From an uncultured Gammaproteobacteria bacterium (GTDB taxonomy: Bacteria; Patescibacteriota; Patescibacteriia; SG8-24), in NCBI GenBank assembly GCA_964491475.1, contig CAZBFO010000001.1, positions 327,538 to 391,537 of the forward strand: a stretch of DNA of 64,000 bases, read 5' to 3'. This document shows positions 56,530 through 64,000 of this stretch, in pieces (position 1 is the first letter of the stretch; each line of letters starts with the position of its first letter). Both the position numbers and the translations under genes were made by a program. Under the pieces are notes generated by a model. That model did no database searches, had not been told where the DNA came from, and was given only the letters and a program-made list of their open reading frames with translations.

Positions 56530-57309
56530 TTATTTGAGGGCCTGGTCGACCATGGCCTTGAGCTGCTCGTAAGGGACGGCGCCCGGAACGAGCTGCTTGT
56601 CGCCCTTCTTGTTGACGATGATGGTGCCCGGAGTGCCGTTGACGCCGGCGGTCGAACCGCTGCTCTGGTCGGCGGTAATGCGGGCGTTGTACTTCTTGGA
56701 GGAGTAGCAGGAGTCGAACTTGCCGCGGTTCAAGCCGAGCTTGTCGGCGAGCTGGCCGTAGAAGGCGTCACCTTCGGAGTCCTGCGCGTTGAACAGGCCG
56801 TCGGCGAACTCCCAGAACTTGCCCTGCTCCGAAGCGCACTCGGCGGCGTTGGCTGCCGGAAGCGCGTTGGGGTGGAAGGACAGGGGGAAGTGGCGGTAGA
56901 CCCAGCGCACTTTGCCCTTGTAGGCGGGATCGTTCATGAGCTGCTCCATCGTGGGATGGAAGCGGGAGCAGAACGGACACTGGAAGTCGGAGTACTCGAT
57001 GAGGGTCAGTTCGGCATCCTTCGGGCCGCGGATGTGGTCATCGGCGGAGACGGCCTTCACTTCGCCGACGGCGTCGGGAGCTGCCGAGGGAGCCGCGGCG
57101 GCAGCCGACGGGGACGGTGCCGCAGCCGACGGCGCGGCCGAGCCCGCGCCGAGCGAAAGGCCGGTGCCGCCCTTGAGCATGATCGAGAGCAAGATGAAGA
57201 AGCCGGCCGTGCACAAGACCAGAATGCCGCCGACCAGGCCGAGGACGAAGCTTGCTTTTGGCGATAAAACGATACCTGCGGATGACTTGTGCTGTTCTTC
57301 CATGGACAT
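56530..57309 (-). CDS. DsbA-family thiol:disulfide oxidoreductase, membrane-anchored with Ala/Pro-rich linker
   Basis: N-terminal TM, linker SAAPSAAAPSPSAAAAAPSAAP, and thioredoxin fold with the CPFC active site. Confidence 0.8.
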   Translation of the reverse strand: MSMEEQHKSSAGIVLSPKASFVLGLVGGILVLCTAGFFILLSIMLKGGTGLSLGAGSAAPSAAAPSPSAAAAAPSAAPDAVGEVKAVSADDHIRGPKDAELTLIEYSDFQCPFCSRFHPTMEQLMNDPAYKGKVRWVYRHFPLSFHPNALPAANAAECASEQGKFWEFADGLFNAQDSEGDAFYGQLADKLGLNRGKFDSCYSSKKYNARITADQSSGSTAGVNGTPGTIIVNKKGDKQLVPGAVPYEQLKAMVDQALK

Positions 57310-57364
57310 ACGAAAGAGTGAGTGAATTGCGGTGATCCTGCCGGATCGGACTTAGCAATGGGAA

Positions 57365-58396
57365 TTATGGCCGAACCGTCTTGGAGTGTACAGGTTCGGG
57401 GCTCATTATTTTATCGATCGTGTCAACGGGCACTGGGGACATCTGCGGCACCCACACCGAAAAGTAGGGTGAAAAGTTTATCTGGCTCATGTTGGCGGTC
57501 GGTCCGGAAGGGCATTGCTTGGTGTCGTCATCGACGACGGCCAAGGCGCCTGTCGAGGTCAGGGCAAACTGCAAGGCGGCAATGGCCACGGCGGCAAGCG
57601 AAGTGATGGCCGTGTGCCGCGCGGACAGCCTGATGTCTGTCCCCTTTTTGCCGGCCAAGGCCGAAATGCGCGCCGTCAGGTGACCGAAGGCAGGCGCCGT
57701 ACTCGGCAGGAAATCGGTGCGGCTGGCAACGGACTTGAGCAGCGCCGACGCCAGCGGCCGCTGGCCGCAGGTGCCGAGCGCGTTTCGATCGGCGGCGATT
57801 TCCCGGCTTACCGAGAAGTGCGCGGCGATGTCGGCAACCGTCGGAAGGAAAAAGAACGTCCTGCGAAGCGATTCCCAGAGCAGTGCCCGCAACGGATGCC
57901 GTTCCCGACAGTGCCCGTCTTCGTGGGCCAGCACCGCGCGGAGTTCCGCCAAGGTCAAAGCGCTTACCAGCGAGGAAGAAATCACTATGCGCGGAGAAAC
58001 GATGCCGACGGCCACCGCGAACGGGATTGCGTCCCGCACGGTCAGTACCGGTGCGCGGATGCCGGCACTGCGGCGTGCGGCAGAGACGCGAGACGGCTGG
58101 CGCATGCGCCTGCGGCGCACCATTGCGGCGAAACGGCGGACCGTAAGCCATTCCGTGGCCGCAAACGTCGCCAGCTTCAGCAATGACAGCGCGGCGAGCG
58201 CGGCCAGCGCGCAGGTGACTGCCACGGCCACCGCTCCCCGCCTGGCCGAAGCCGCCACCACGAAGTTGCGGCACCAAGTGACCAGAGACAGCGCCCCATC
58301 GCCGACGGAACCCAGGGCGGCAACGGTGGCGGCCAACGCCGCGACGGTTGCGAACGACAGGAACACCGATTGTCGTGAAGTTAAAGTCCTTTCCAT
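57365..58396 (-). CDS. M56-family (BlaR1-type) membrane metallopeptidase without C-terminal sensor domain
   Basis: HExxH (LAHEDGHCRE) in a 4-TM context. 343 aa. Start lies 6 nt after the blaI-like stop. Confidence 0.7.
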   Translation of the reverse strand: MERTLTSRQSVFLSFATVAALAATVAALGSVGDGALSLVTWCRNFVVAASARRGAVAVAVTCALAALAALSLLKLATFAATEWLTVRRFAAMVRRRRMRQPSRVSAARRSAGIRAPVLTVRDAIPFAVAVGIVSPRIVISSSLVSALTLAELRAVLAHEDGHCRERHPLRALLWESLRRTFFFLPTVADIAAHFSVSREIAADRNALGTCGQRPLASALLKSVASRTDFLPSTAPAFGHLTARISALAGKKGTDIRLSARHTAITSLAAVAIAALQFALTSTGALAVVDDDTKQCPSGPTANMSQINFSPYFSVWVPQMSPVPVDTIDKIMSPEPVHSKTVRP

Positions 58397-58401
58397 AGCG
58401 T

Positions 58402-58815
58402 CTAGGCCTCCTCGATCAGCTTCTTGAGTCGGCGCAGGTCCTCTTCCGAACATCCCTTGATGGCCTCCGCGAAGCCGGCCATCTGGAAGAGCGAACCGTC
58501 GCGGACGATTGCGCTGACCACCGACCTGGTGACTTCGCGCAGGAACGATTCCTTGGGCACCGCCGCCTGATAGGCGAACGAACCGCCGACCGACTGCTTC
58601 TTGAGCAGCTTCTTCTCTACCAACCGGTTCATCACCGTCATCACCGTGTTGAACGAGTAGGCCTTCTTGCGCTTGAGCGTCTCGCGGACGTCGCGCACGG
58701 TCAGCGTCCCCTTTTCCCAAATCGCGTCCATGACTTCGGCTTCGAGGAAGCCGAGCACCTTGGAAAGCCCGTCCTGATCGAGCTTCAGGCTCTTGAGTTG
58801 AAATCGCATAGGCAT
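58402..58815 (-). CDS. BlaI/MecI/CopY-family transcriptional repressor
   Basis: Winged-helix penicillinase-repressor pattern (LSKVLGFLEAEVMDAIWEKGTLTVRDV...FNTVMTVMNRLVEKKLL). About 137 aa. Confidence 0.8.
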   Translation of the reverse strand: MPMRFQLKSLKLDQDGLSKVLGFLEAEVMDAIWEKGTLTVRDVRETLKRKKAYSFNTVMTVMNRLVEKKLLKKQSVGGSFAYQAAVPKESFLREVTRSVVSAIVRDGSLFQMAGFAEAIKGCSEEDLRRLKKLIEEA

Positions 58816-58825
58816 GTGACAAGCG

Positions 58826-58850
58826 TTAACACTACCTAGTGTAGTGTTAA
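58826..58850. promoter_or_regulatory. perfect inverted repeat TTAACACTAC-CTAGT-GTAGTGTTAA; candidate operator for the adjacent BlaI-family repressor
   Basis: 10-bp arms and 5-bp spacer, 11 nt upstream of the repressor start. Contains the TACA/TGTA-type half-sites typical of BlaI/MecI/CopY operators. Confidence 0.6.
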
Positions 58851-58888
58851 ACCGCCTCGGCCGCAAGCCGCTGTTATCCACAACCGAA

Positions 58889-61606
58889 TTACTGCCAGTT
58901 CTTGGGAATGAAACCTTTGCGGCACATCGACTTGTACGCCTCGACGACGACGATGACCGAACCGGTCACGACCAAAATCAGCAGCCATTCCTTCAGGTCG
59001 ATCGGTTGCGTCGAAAAAAGTTTCCGCAGCTGCGGCTGGTACAGCACCGTCATCTGCAGCCCGAAGGCGCCGACGACGGCCGCCAGCACGTACTTGTTGG
59101 TGAACAGTCCCAAGGAAAAAATCGACGCGGTGAACGAGCGCATGTTGAAGACGTTCCAAATTTGGAATACCGCCATGGCCGTGAAGGCGACGCTGCGCGC
59201 GTAGGAAAGATCGTGATCGACGATCGCCAGCGCGTACAGCAGGATGGTGCCCATGCACATGACCGCGCAGGTGATGACCGAAAGGATCAGCACGCTCTTC
59301 GAGATGATGGGCGCGTCCTTGCCGCGTGGCGGTTCCGAGAGCGCGTCGCCGGACGGGGGCTCGGTGGCCAGCGCCATGTCCGGGAAACCGTCGGTGATAA
59401 GGTTCATCCAGAGGATCTGCGTCGGCAACAGCGGCAGCGGCAAGCCGAAGGCCATGCTGGCGAAGATGGTGACGATCTCGCCGACGTTGGTCATGAAAAG
59501 ATAGGCCGTGGTCTGCTTGACGTTCCGGAAGACGATGCGGCCCTCCTCGATGGCGCTGACGATCGAGACGAAGTTGTCGTCGGCAAGCACCATGTCGGCA
59601 ACCTCCTTGGTGACGTCGGTGCCCGTGATGCCCATGGCCACGCCGATCGAGGCCTTCTTGAGAGCCGGCGCGTCATTTACGCCGTCCCCCGTCATCGCCA
59701 CCACGTGCCCCAGCTGCTGCAGGCCCGAGACGATGCGCAGCTTGGTCTCCGGCGTCACCCGCGCGAACACTACCGCATTCTTGAGCGCGGCCGAGAAGGT
59801 ACGCTCGTCCATCTGGGCGATTTCCTTTTCGGTATGTACGCGCTCCTCCAGCCGATCGGCAGTCTCGAACAGGCCGATTTCCCTGCCGATGGCCAAGGCG
59901 GTGTCTCGCTGGTCGCCGGTGACCATGATGACGCGCACGCCTGCCCGATGGCAGCGGGCGATGGCCTTGGCCACGCCGACGCGCGGCGGATCAATCATGC
60001 CGACGGCCCCGAGGAAAGCGAGATCGCGCACGTCACGGTCGTCGAGGGAATCCTGCGACTCGCCGACGAACTTGAAAGCCACGCCCAGCACGCGCAGGGA
60101 TCGGTTGGCCATGTCGTGGTTCGCGGCGTCGCATTCCGCGCGGGCCGCGCCGTCGAGAGTCCGGCCCCTGCCGTCGGCGCCGACGTGCGTCGAACGGTCG
60201 CGGATGATGCCGTAGGCGCCGACGGCGAAAATCACCCGGGAGTGCACGCCGCGCACGTCGTTGCGCTCGAGCAGGACCGCCCGGAACTTCCGTTCGGAAT
60301 TGAACGGAATCTCCTCCACGAGACGGTACTCCATTTCGAGGCTGGTGCGTTCGTAACCGGCCTTCGCGGACATGACGGCCAGCGCGCCCTCGGTGGGCTC
60401 GCCGATGACGGCGGCGCGGTCGTCCTTCCATTGCAGGGCGGCCTTGTTGCACAGGGCGGTGGCGCGGAGCAGAAGATCGAAGTCGGGAATGTCCCCGGGA
60501 CGGAAACTGCGGCCGTCAATCATGAATTCCCCGCGCGGGTCCCAGCCTTCGCCGGAGACGGTCACGCGCCGACCGGCAACGTGCACCTCGCGCACGGTCA
60601 TCTTGTTCTCCGTCAGCGTGCCCGTCTTGTCGGTGCAGATGATGTCGGTGATGCCGAGCGTCTCCACCGAGGGCACGTGCCGCACGATGGCGTTGCGCTT
60701 GGCCATGCGCTGCACGCCGATGGCCAGCACGACTGCCAGCACCGCCGGCAGGCCCTCGGGAACGATGGAGACCATCAGGGCGATGGCAAAAAAGAACATC
60801 TGCAGCAAAGCGTCGCCGCGAAGCGTGCCGAAAACCATCACCAGAAGGCAGAGCAGGACGGCCGAGAAGCCGAGCTGCCGCCCGAGCTTGTCCAGCCGCT
60901 CTTCCAATGGCGTCCGTCCGCGCCGGATGCTGACCAGCGAGTCGGCGATCTTGCCGAAGGCGGTGCGCTTGCCGGTCTCGACCACGATGCCGCGGCCTTC
61001 GCCGGATATCACCGTCGTGCCCATCCAGGCCATGCAGGCCCGTTCCGGCAACAGGGCGGAGGCGTCGACGGCCTCGACCGACTTGCGGGAATTCGCGGAT
61101 TCTCCGGTCAGCGCGGATTCGTTGGTGGCCAATCCCCGGCTCTCCGCCAGGCGCATGTCGGCAGTGATGCGGTCGCCCTCGACCAGCAGCACGACGTCGC
61201 CTGGCACCAGTTCGCGTGCCGGCACGCGATGCACGCGCCGATCGCGGATGACCGCCGCTTCCTGCACCACCATGTCCCGAAGGCGATCGAGAGCCCCCTC
61301 CGCCTTCCGTTCCTGAACGAAGCCGATGACCGCCTTTATCGCCACGGCCAGCAGGATGCCGAAGCAGTCGCTCCACTCCCCCGCCGCCACGGAAATCGCC
61401 GCCGCCGCGAGCAGAATGTAGGTCAGTCCGCTGTGGAACTGTCTGAAGAACATCACCAGCGGGGACATTTTCTTTTCCGGTGGCAGTTCGTTCGCCCCGT
61501 ATTCCGCCAACCGTGCCTTCGCGACGGCATCACTAAGCCCGTGCTCGATGTCGGTACCGAGCGCTTCTGCGACTGCGGAGACGGAGAGTGCGTGAGTCTG
61601 TTCCAT
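58889..61606 (-). CDS. P-type ATPase, type IIA/IIB-like (Ca2+/cation-transporting)
   Basis: DKTGTLT, PEGLPAV (no CPC motif, so not P1B), TGDQ, and GDGVNDAPALKKA. 905 aa with 10 TM. Confidence 0.9.
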   Translation of the reverse strand: MEQTHALSVSAVAEALGTDIEHGLSDAVAKARLAEYGANELPPEKKMSPLVMFFRQFHSGLTYILLAAAAISVAAGEWSDCFGILLAVAIKAVIGFVQERKAEGALDRLRDMVVQEAAVIRDRRVHRVPARELVPGDVVLLVEGDRITADMRLAESRGLATNESALTGESANSRKSVEAVDASALLPERACMAWMGTTVISGEGRGIVVETGKRTAFGKIADSLVSIRRGRTPLEERLDKLGRQLGFSAVLLCLLVMVFGTLRGDALLQMFFFAIALMVSIVPEGLPAVLAVVLAIGVQRMAKRNAIVRHVPSVETLGITDIICTDKTGTLTENKMTVREVHVAGRRVTVSGEGWDPRGEFMIDGRSFRPGDIPDFDLLLRATALCNKAALQWKDDRAAVIGEPTEGALAVMSAKAGYERTSLEMEYRLVEEIPFNSERKFRAVLLERNDVRGVHSRVIFAVGAYGIIRDRSTHVGADGRGRTLDGAARAECDAANHDMANRSLRVLGVAFKFVGESQDSLDDRDVRDLAFLGAVGMIDPPRVGVAKAIARCHRAGVRVIMVTGDQRDTALAIGREIGLFETADRLEERVHTEKEIAQMDERTFSAALKNAVVFARVTPETKLRIVSGLQQLGHVVAMTGDGVNDAPALKKASIGVAMGITGTDVTKEVADMVLADDNFVSIVSAIEEGRIVFRNVKQTTAYLFMTNVGEIVTIFASMAFGLPLPLLPTQILWMNLITDGFPDMALATEPPSGDALSEPPRGKDAPIISKSVLILSVITCAVMCMGTILLYALAIVDHDLSYARSVAFTAMAVFQIWNVFNMRSFTASIFSLGLFTNKYVLAAVVGAFGLQMTVLYQPQLRKLFSTQPIDLKEWLLILVVTGSVIVVVEAYKSMCRKGFIPKNWQ

Positions 61607-61626
61607 GTCGGCGTTACTGATGCCGG

Positions 61627-62217
61627 TTACGGCTTTCGGAAAGTGCCGACGAGTACGGCCTGCCCGACCACGTGCGGCAACAGCGCTTGCCGCAGCGCCT
61701 GCGGATCGGTGTCATCGGGGAGCTGCAGCGTCTCGTCGAGCGCGTACACCTTGAAGAGGTAACGGTGCGCGCCCGTTGGCGGGCACGGACCGAAATACCC
61801 CTTTTGCCCGGCGCTGTTGGCACCTTGCACTGCTCCCTGCGGCACGGTGCCCTCCCGCAGCGAAGTCAGCCGCGGCGACATGTTCCAGAGGGTCCAATGC
61901 GTCCAAGTGCCGATCGGCGCGTCGGGATCTTCCAGCGCCAAGGCCAGCGACTTGGCCTCCGCCGGCACGCCGGAAATCTCCAGCGGCGGGCTGACGCCGT
62001 CACCGCCCTCGCGCGTGCAGGCGAAATGCAGCGGTATCGGTCCGTTCTGCTCGAAAGCGGGGCTGGCCACGCGCATCCCGCCTTTGGCGAAATCTTCCAG
62101 GCCGACGGGCGCAGGCTGCCTCCGCCCGGAAGAAAAATACCAAATCGCCCCGACGATCAGGGCGACGTCGATAATCGCGAAATAGATCATGGCGCGCTTG
62201 GAAATGTGGACGCGCAT
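61627..62217 (-). CDS. YbhB/YbcL-family phosphatidylethanolamine-binding protein (PEBP)
   Basis: DPDAP...HW and GPCPP...HRY motifs. N-terminal TM or signal anchor. Confidence 0.75.
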   Translation of the reverse strand: MRVHISKRAMIYFAIIDVALIVGAIWYFSSGRRQPAPVGLEDFAKGGMRVASPAFEQNGPIPLHFACTREGGDGVSPPLEISGVPAEAKSLALALEDPDAPIGTWTHWTLWNMSPRLTSLREGTVPQGAVQGANSAGQKGYFGPCPPTGAHRYLFKVYALDETLQLPDDTDPQALRQALLPHVVGQAVLVGTFRKP

Positions 62218-62224
62218 AGGAACG

Positions 62225-62521
62225 TCAGCGTAATTGGATGCAGCCCTCGTCTACGCGGCCGCGCACGATGCGCACGCCTTCCTCCGCCAGACGACCGGCT
62301 TTGGTGCGCCCGCCTCCCGGCCGGTTGTACTCCCCCACCTTGCGGTCGGCCCGAATCACCCGATGGCACGGCACCGCCGGATCAAGGTTGGCCTTCATCA
62401 GCGAACCGACGGCCCGCGCGCCGCCGGGACTGCCGGCCGCAATGGCGACGCCGCCGTAGGTCATCACCCTGCCTTTCTTGATGCGTTTTACCACCGAAAG
62501 CGCACGTTCACGGAAGGTCAT
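62225..62521 (-). CDS. MGMT-family DNA-binding domain protein (6-O-alkylguanine-DNA alkyltransferase C-terminal domain only)
   Basis: Active-site PCHRV motif in a ~98-aa protein. TGcTACACT -10 lies 9 nt before the ATG. Confidence 0.7.
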   Translation of the reverse strand: MTFRERALSVVKRIKKGRVMTYGGVAIAAGSPGGARAVGSLMKANLDPAVPCHRVIRADRKVGEYNRPGGGRTKAGRLAEEGVRIVRGRVDEGCIQLR

Positions 62522-62595
62522 AGTACCGTCAGTGTAGCACTTTTCGCCCCACATGGCACCGTCCCCGCCATCACCGGAACCTGCCGGTCCCCTGA

Positions 62596-62624
62596 TTGAC
62601 AAAACGGCTTTTTTGTAGTATTTT
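62596..62624 (+). promoter_or_regulatory. promoter TTGACAAAACGGCTTTTTTGTAGTATTTT
   Basis: Family member. Back-to-back with the MGMT-like -10 on the other strand. Confidence 0.5.
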
Positions 62625-62660
62625 TGCGGCGGCAATCGTGCCAAAGGGAAAGGAACACGC

Positions 62661-63422
62661 ATGGGTTGGCCGAAGTTACTGGTTCTCGTCAGACATCCCG
62701 AATCCGAGGGAAACGTCATGACCGTCGACGAGCGCGCCGCGTACGAAGTGCCTACATACGCCTACCGCTGCACCGAGCGTGGCCGCAAGCAGGCCGAAGT
62801 GACCCGCGACTGGCTGAAGGATCGGTTCGGCACGTTCGACGTCCGCTACTCCTCGTACTACGTGCGGGCCAAGGAGGGGCTGGAGATCATCTGTCCCGGC
62901 GAGCGTGCCTACGAGGATCCGCGCTTGGCAGAAGGGCAGCGCGGCATCTTCCACACCATGACGAAGGAGCAGATCGAGAAAAGGTATCCGGAGGAGCTGG
63001 AGCGCAAGCGGCGCGAAGGCGTCTACCACTTCCGTCCGTTGGGAGGCGAGAACTGGCCCGACATGGAGCTGCGCATTCACAGCTTCCTCGGCACGCTGGC
63101 CCGCGACTACGAGGGCAAGAAGGTGCTGATCATCGTTCACGGCCACTGGCAGATCCTGTTCGAGCGGCTGGTCCACCACTTCTCCATCGAGGAGGCGGTG
63201 CGCCAGTACGAGGGGCAAGTGGTCGAGAACGCCGCTGTCACCATCTACCGCAGCAAAGGCAAGAAGCGCCGTCGGCTGGAGCTGGTCGAGAAGAACATCG
63301 TCCCCTGGGACGGCATCGTCGGCAAGGCACGCAAGGTCCGCGGCGACGGTGACTTCAAGAAAAACGGCCCGAAGAACGGGAAAAACGGAAAGAGGACGGC
63401 GGCGACCAAGGTCGTCGACTGA
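62661..63422 (+). CDS. histidine phosphatase (phosphoglycerate-mutase-like) family protein
   Basis: LVRHPESEGN (RHG-type motif), a second His in VHGHW, and a basic Lys-rich tail. Confidence 0.7.
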   Translation: MGWPKLLVLVRHPESEGNVMTVDERAAYEVPTYAYRCTERGRKQAEVTRDWLKDRFGTFDVRYSSYYVRAKEGLEIICPGERAYEDPRLAEGQRGIFHTMTKEQIEKRYPEELERKRREGVYHFRPLGGENWPDMELRIHSFLGTLARDYEGKKVLIIVHGHWQILFERLVHHFSIEEAVRQYEGQVVENAAVTIYRSKGKKRRRLELVEKNIVPWDGIVGKARKVRGDGDFKKNGPKNGKNGKRTAATKVVD

Positions 63423-63478
63423 AAACGAAAGCGGCCCTGTGCGGGCCGCTCTTTTCTTTCTCGTAATCCGTTTTACGG

Positions 63479-63952
63479 TCATTGCGGCTTCAGCTTCTGG
63501 ACGTCGGCATACACCTGGTCGGCGTGCAGTGCCGGTTTGACCGTCTCGTACACCTTGGCAATTTTGCCGTCGGGATCTATCAGGAACGACATGCGGTTGA
63601 TGCCCATGTACTCGCGTCCCATGAACTTCTTCTCCCCGTAGGCGCCATACAGCTCCACGACCTCCTTCTTCTCGTCGGACAGCAGCGTGAACGGCAGGAC
63701 GTGCTTCAGGGCGAACTTGGCATGGCTTTTCACCGAATCGGCGCTGACGCCGAGTATGGTTATGCCCGCGTCCCCGAAGTCCTCGAAGCGGTCGCGAAGC
63801 ACGCAGGCCTCGGTGGTGCAGCCCGGCGTGTCGTCCTTGGGATAAAAGTAGAGCAGCACCCAGTCGCCCCTGTAGCTCGAAAGCTTGTGCGGCTTCCCCT
63901 CTTGGTCGGGAAGCGTGAAATCCGGAGCCTTGTCCCCTGGCTGCAAAGTCAT
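63479..63952 (-). CDS. bcp: thiol peroxidase Bcp (peroxiredoxin Q)
   Basis: FYPKDDTPGCTTEAC peroxidatic/resolving Cys pair. 157 aa. Confidence 0.9.
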   Translation of the reverse strand: MTLQPGDKAPDFTLPDQEGKPHKLSSYRGDWVLLYFYPKDDTPGCTTEACVLRDRFEDFGDAGITILGVSADSVKSHAKFALKHVLPFTLLSDEKKEVVELYGAYGEKKFMGREYMGINRMSFLIDPDGKIAKVYETVKPALHADQVYADVQKLKPQ

Positions 63953-64000
63953 AGGCGTGGTGATTTGAGTATGCGAAAACGATAGCAGGAAAAACTGATT

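Noticed and set aside
1-64000. Stop-codon reassignment (UGA or UAG recoding), considered because of the many small divergent proteins.
   Set aside because: TGA cleanly terminates mscL, the ftsI-coupled gene and ccdA. TAG terminates the BlaI-like gene. Conserved proteins have no internal in-frame stops.
1-64000. CRISPR arrays, rRNA genes, integrases, transposases, or prophage content near the two tRNAs.
   Set aside because: No direct-repeat/spacer periodicity. No recombinase-like ORF. The tRNA flanks show ordinary promoters and terminators, with no duplicated tRNA 3' fragment.

Overview
The window is 64 kb of a high-GC (~65%) bacterial chromosome with dense, mostly housekeeping content. I call about 70 CDS and two tRNAs (tRNA-Glu(CUC), tRNA-Pro(CGG)). 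I see no CRISPR array, no rRNA, no integrase or transposase, and no evidence of stop-codon recoding (TGA and TAG both terminate well-supported genes).

Recognisable content:
- Cell-envelope and division genes: murF, ftsI, a mraZ-rsmH-ftsL block, and a WecA/MraY-family glycosyltransferase.
- All three excinuclease subunits (uvrA, uvrB, a UvrC lacking the C-terminal HhH domain) within ~9 kb, plus dnaB-ybaB-recR and rarA.
- glyA-folD (one-carbon metabolism), an orphan class II HMG-CoA reductase, typA, and a monocistronic rplU.
- A thiol-disulfide oxidoreductase set: VKOR, CcdA, a TlpA-like protein, and a DsbA-like protein.
- A BlaI/BlaR1-type regulator pair downstream of a Ca-type P-type ATPase.
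- Many small proteins with no recognisable family.

Observations I think most deserve follow-up:
1. An ATP-dependent RNA-ligase-family gene (KHDG, EGLVAR and VKYK motifs) sits between a tRNA-Glu and a Nudix hydrolase.
2. The dcw cluster is split and re-populated: two tandem paralogous membrane proteins (one with TSP3-type Ca-binding repeats) are translationally coupled to ftsI in a rarA-X-Y-ftsI-murF operon. Elsewhere, mraZ-rsmH-ftsL ends in a terminator and is followed by a monocistronic 523-aa unknown protein and a WecA-like gene.
3. One stereotyped promoter architecture (TTGACAAA..TTTTGTGnTAnnnT, an extended -10) recurs at least nine times. Two genes share an identical TATACTGATCCC discriminator/leader, and several genes appear leaderless.
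4. A perfect 10-bp-arm palindrome lies in front of the BlaI-family repressor gene.
5. Tandem small paralogs sit ahead of glyA-folD.
6. One gene appears frameshifted, and one small ORF carries an in-frame TAG.

Functional calls rest on motif-level recognition only; no database search was possible.
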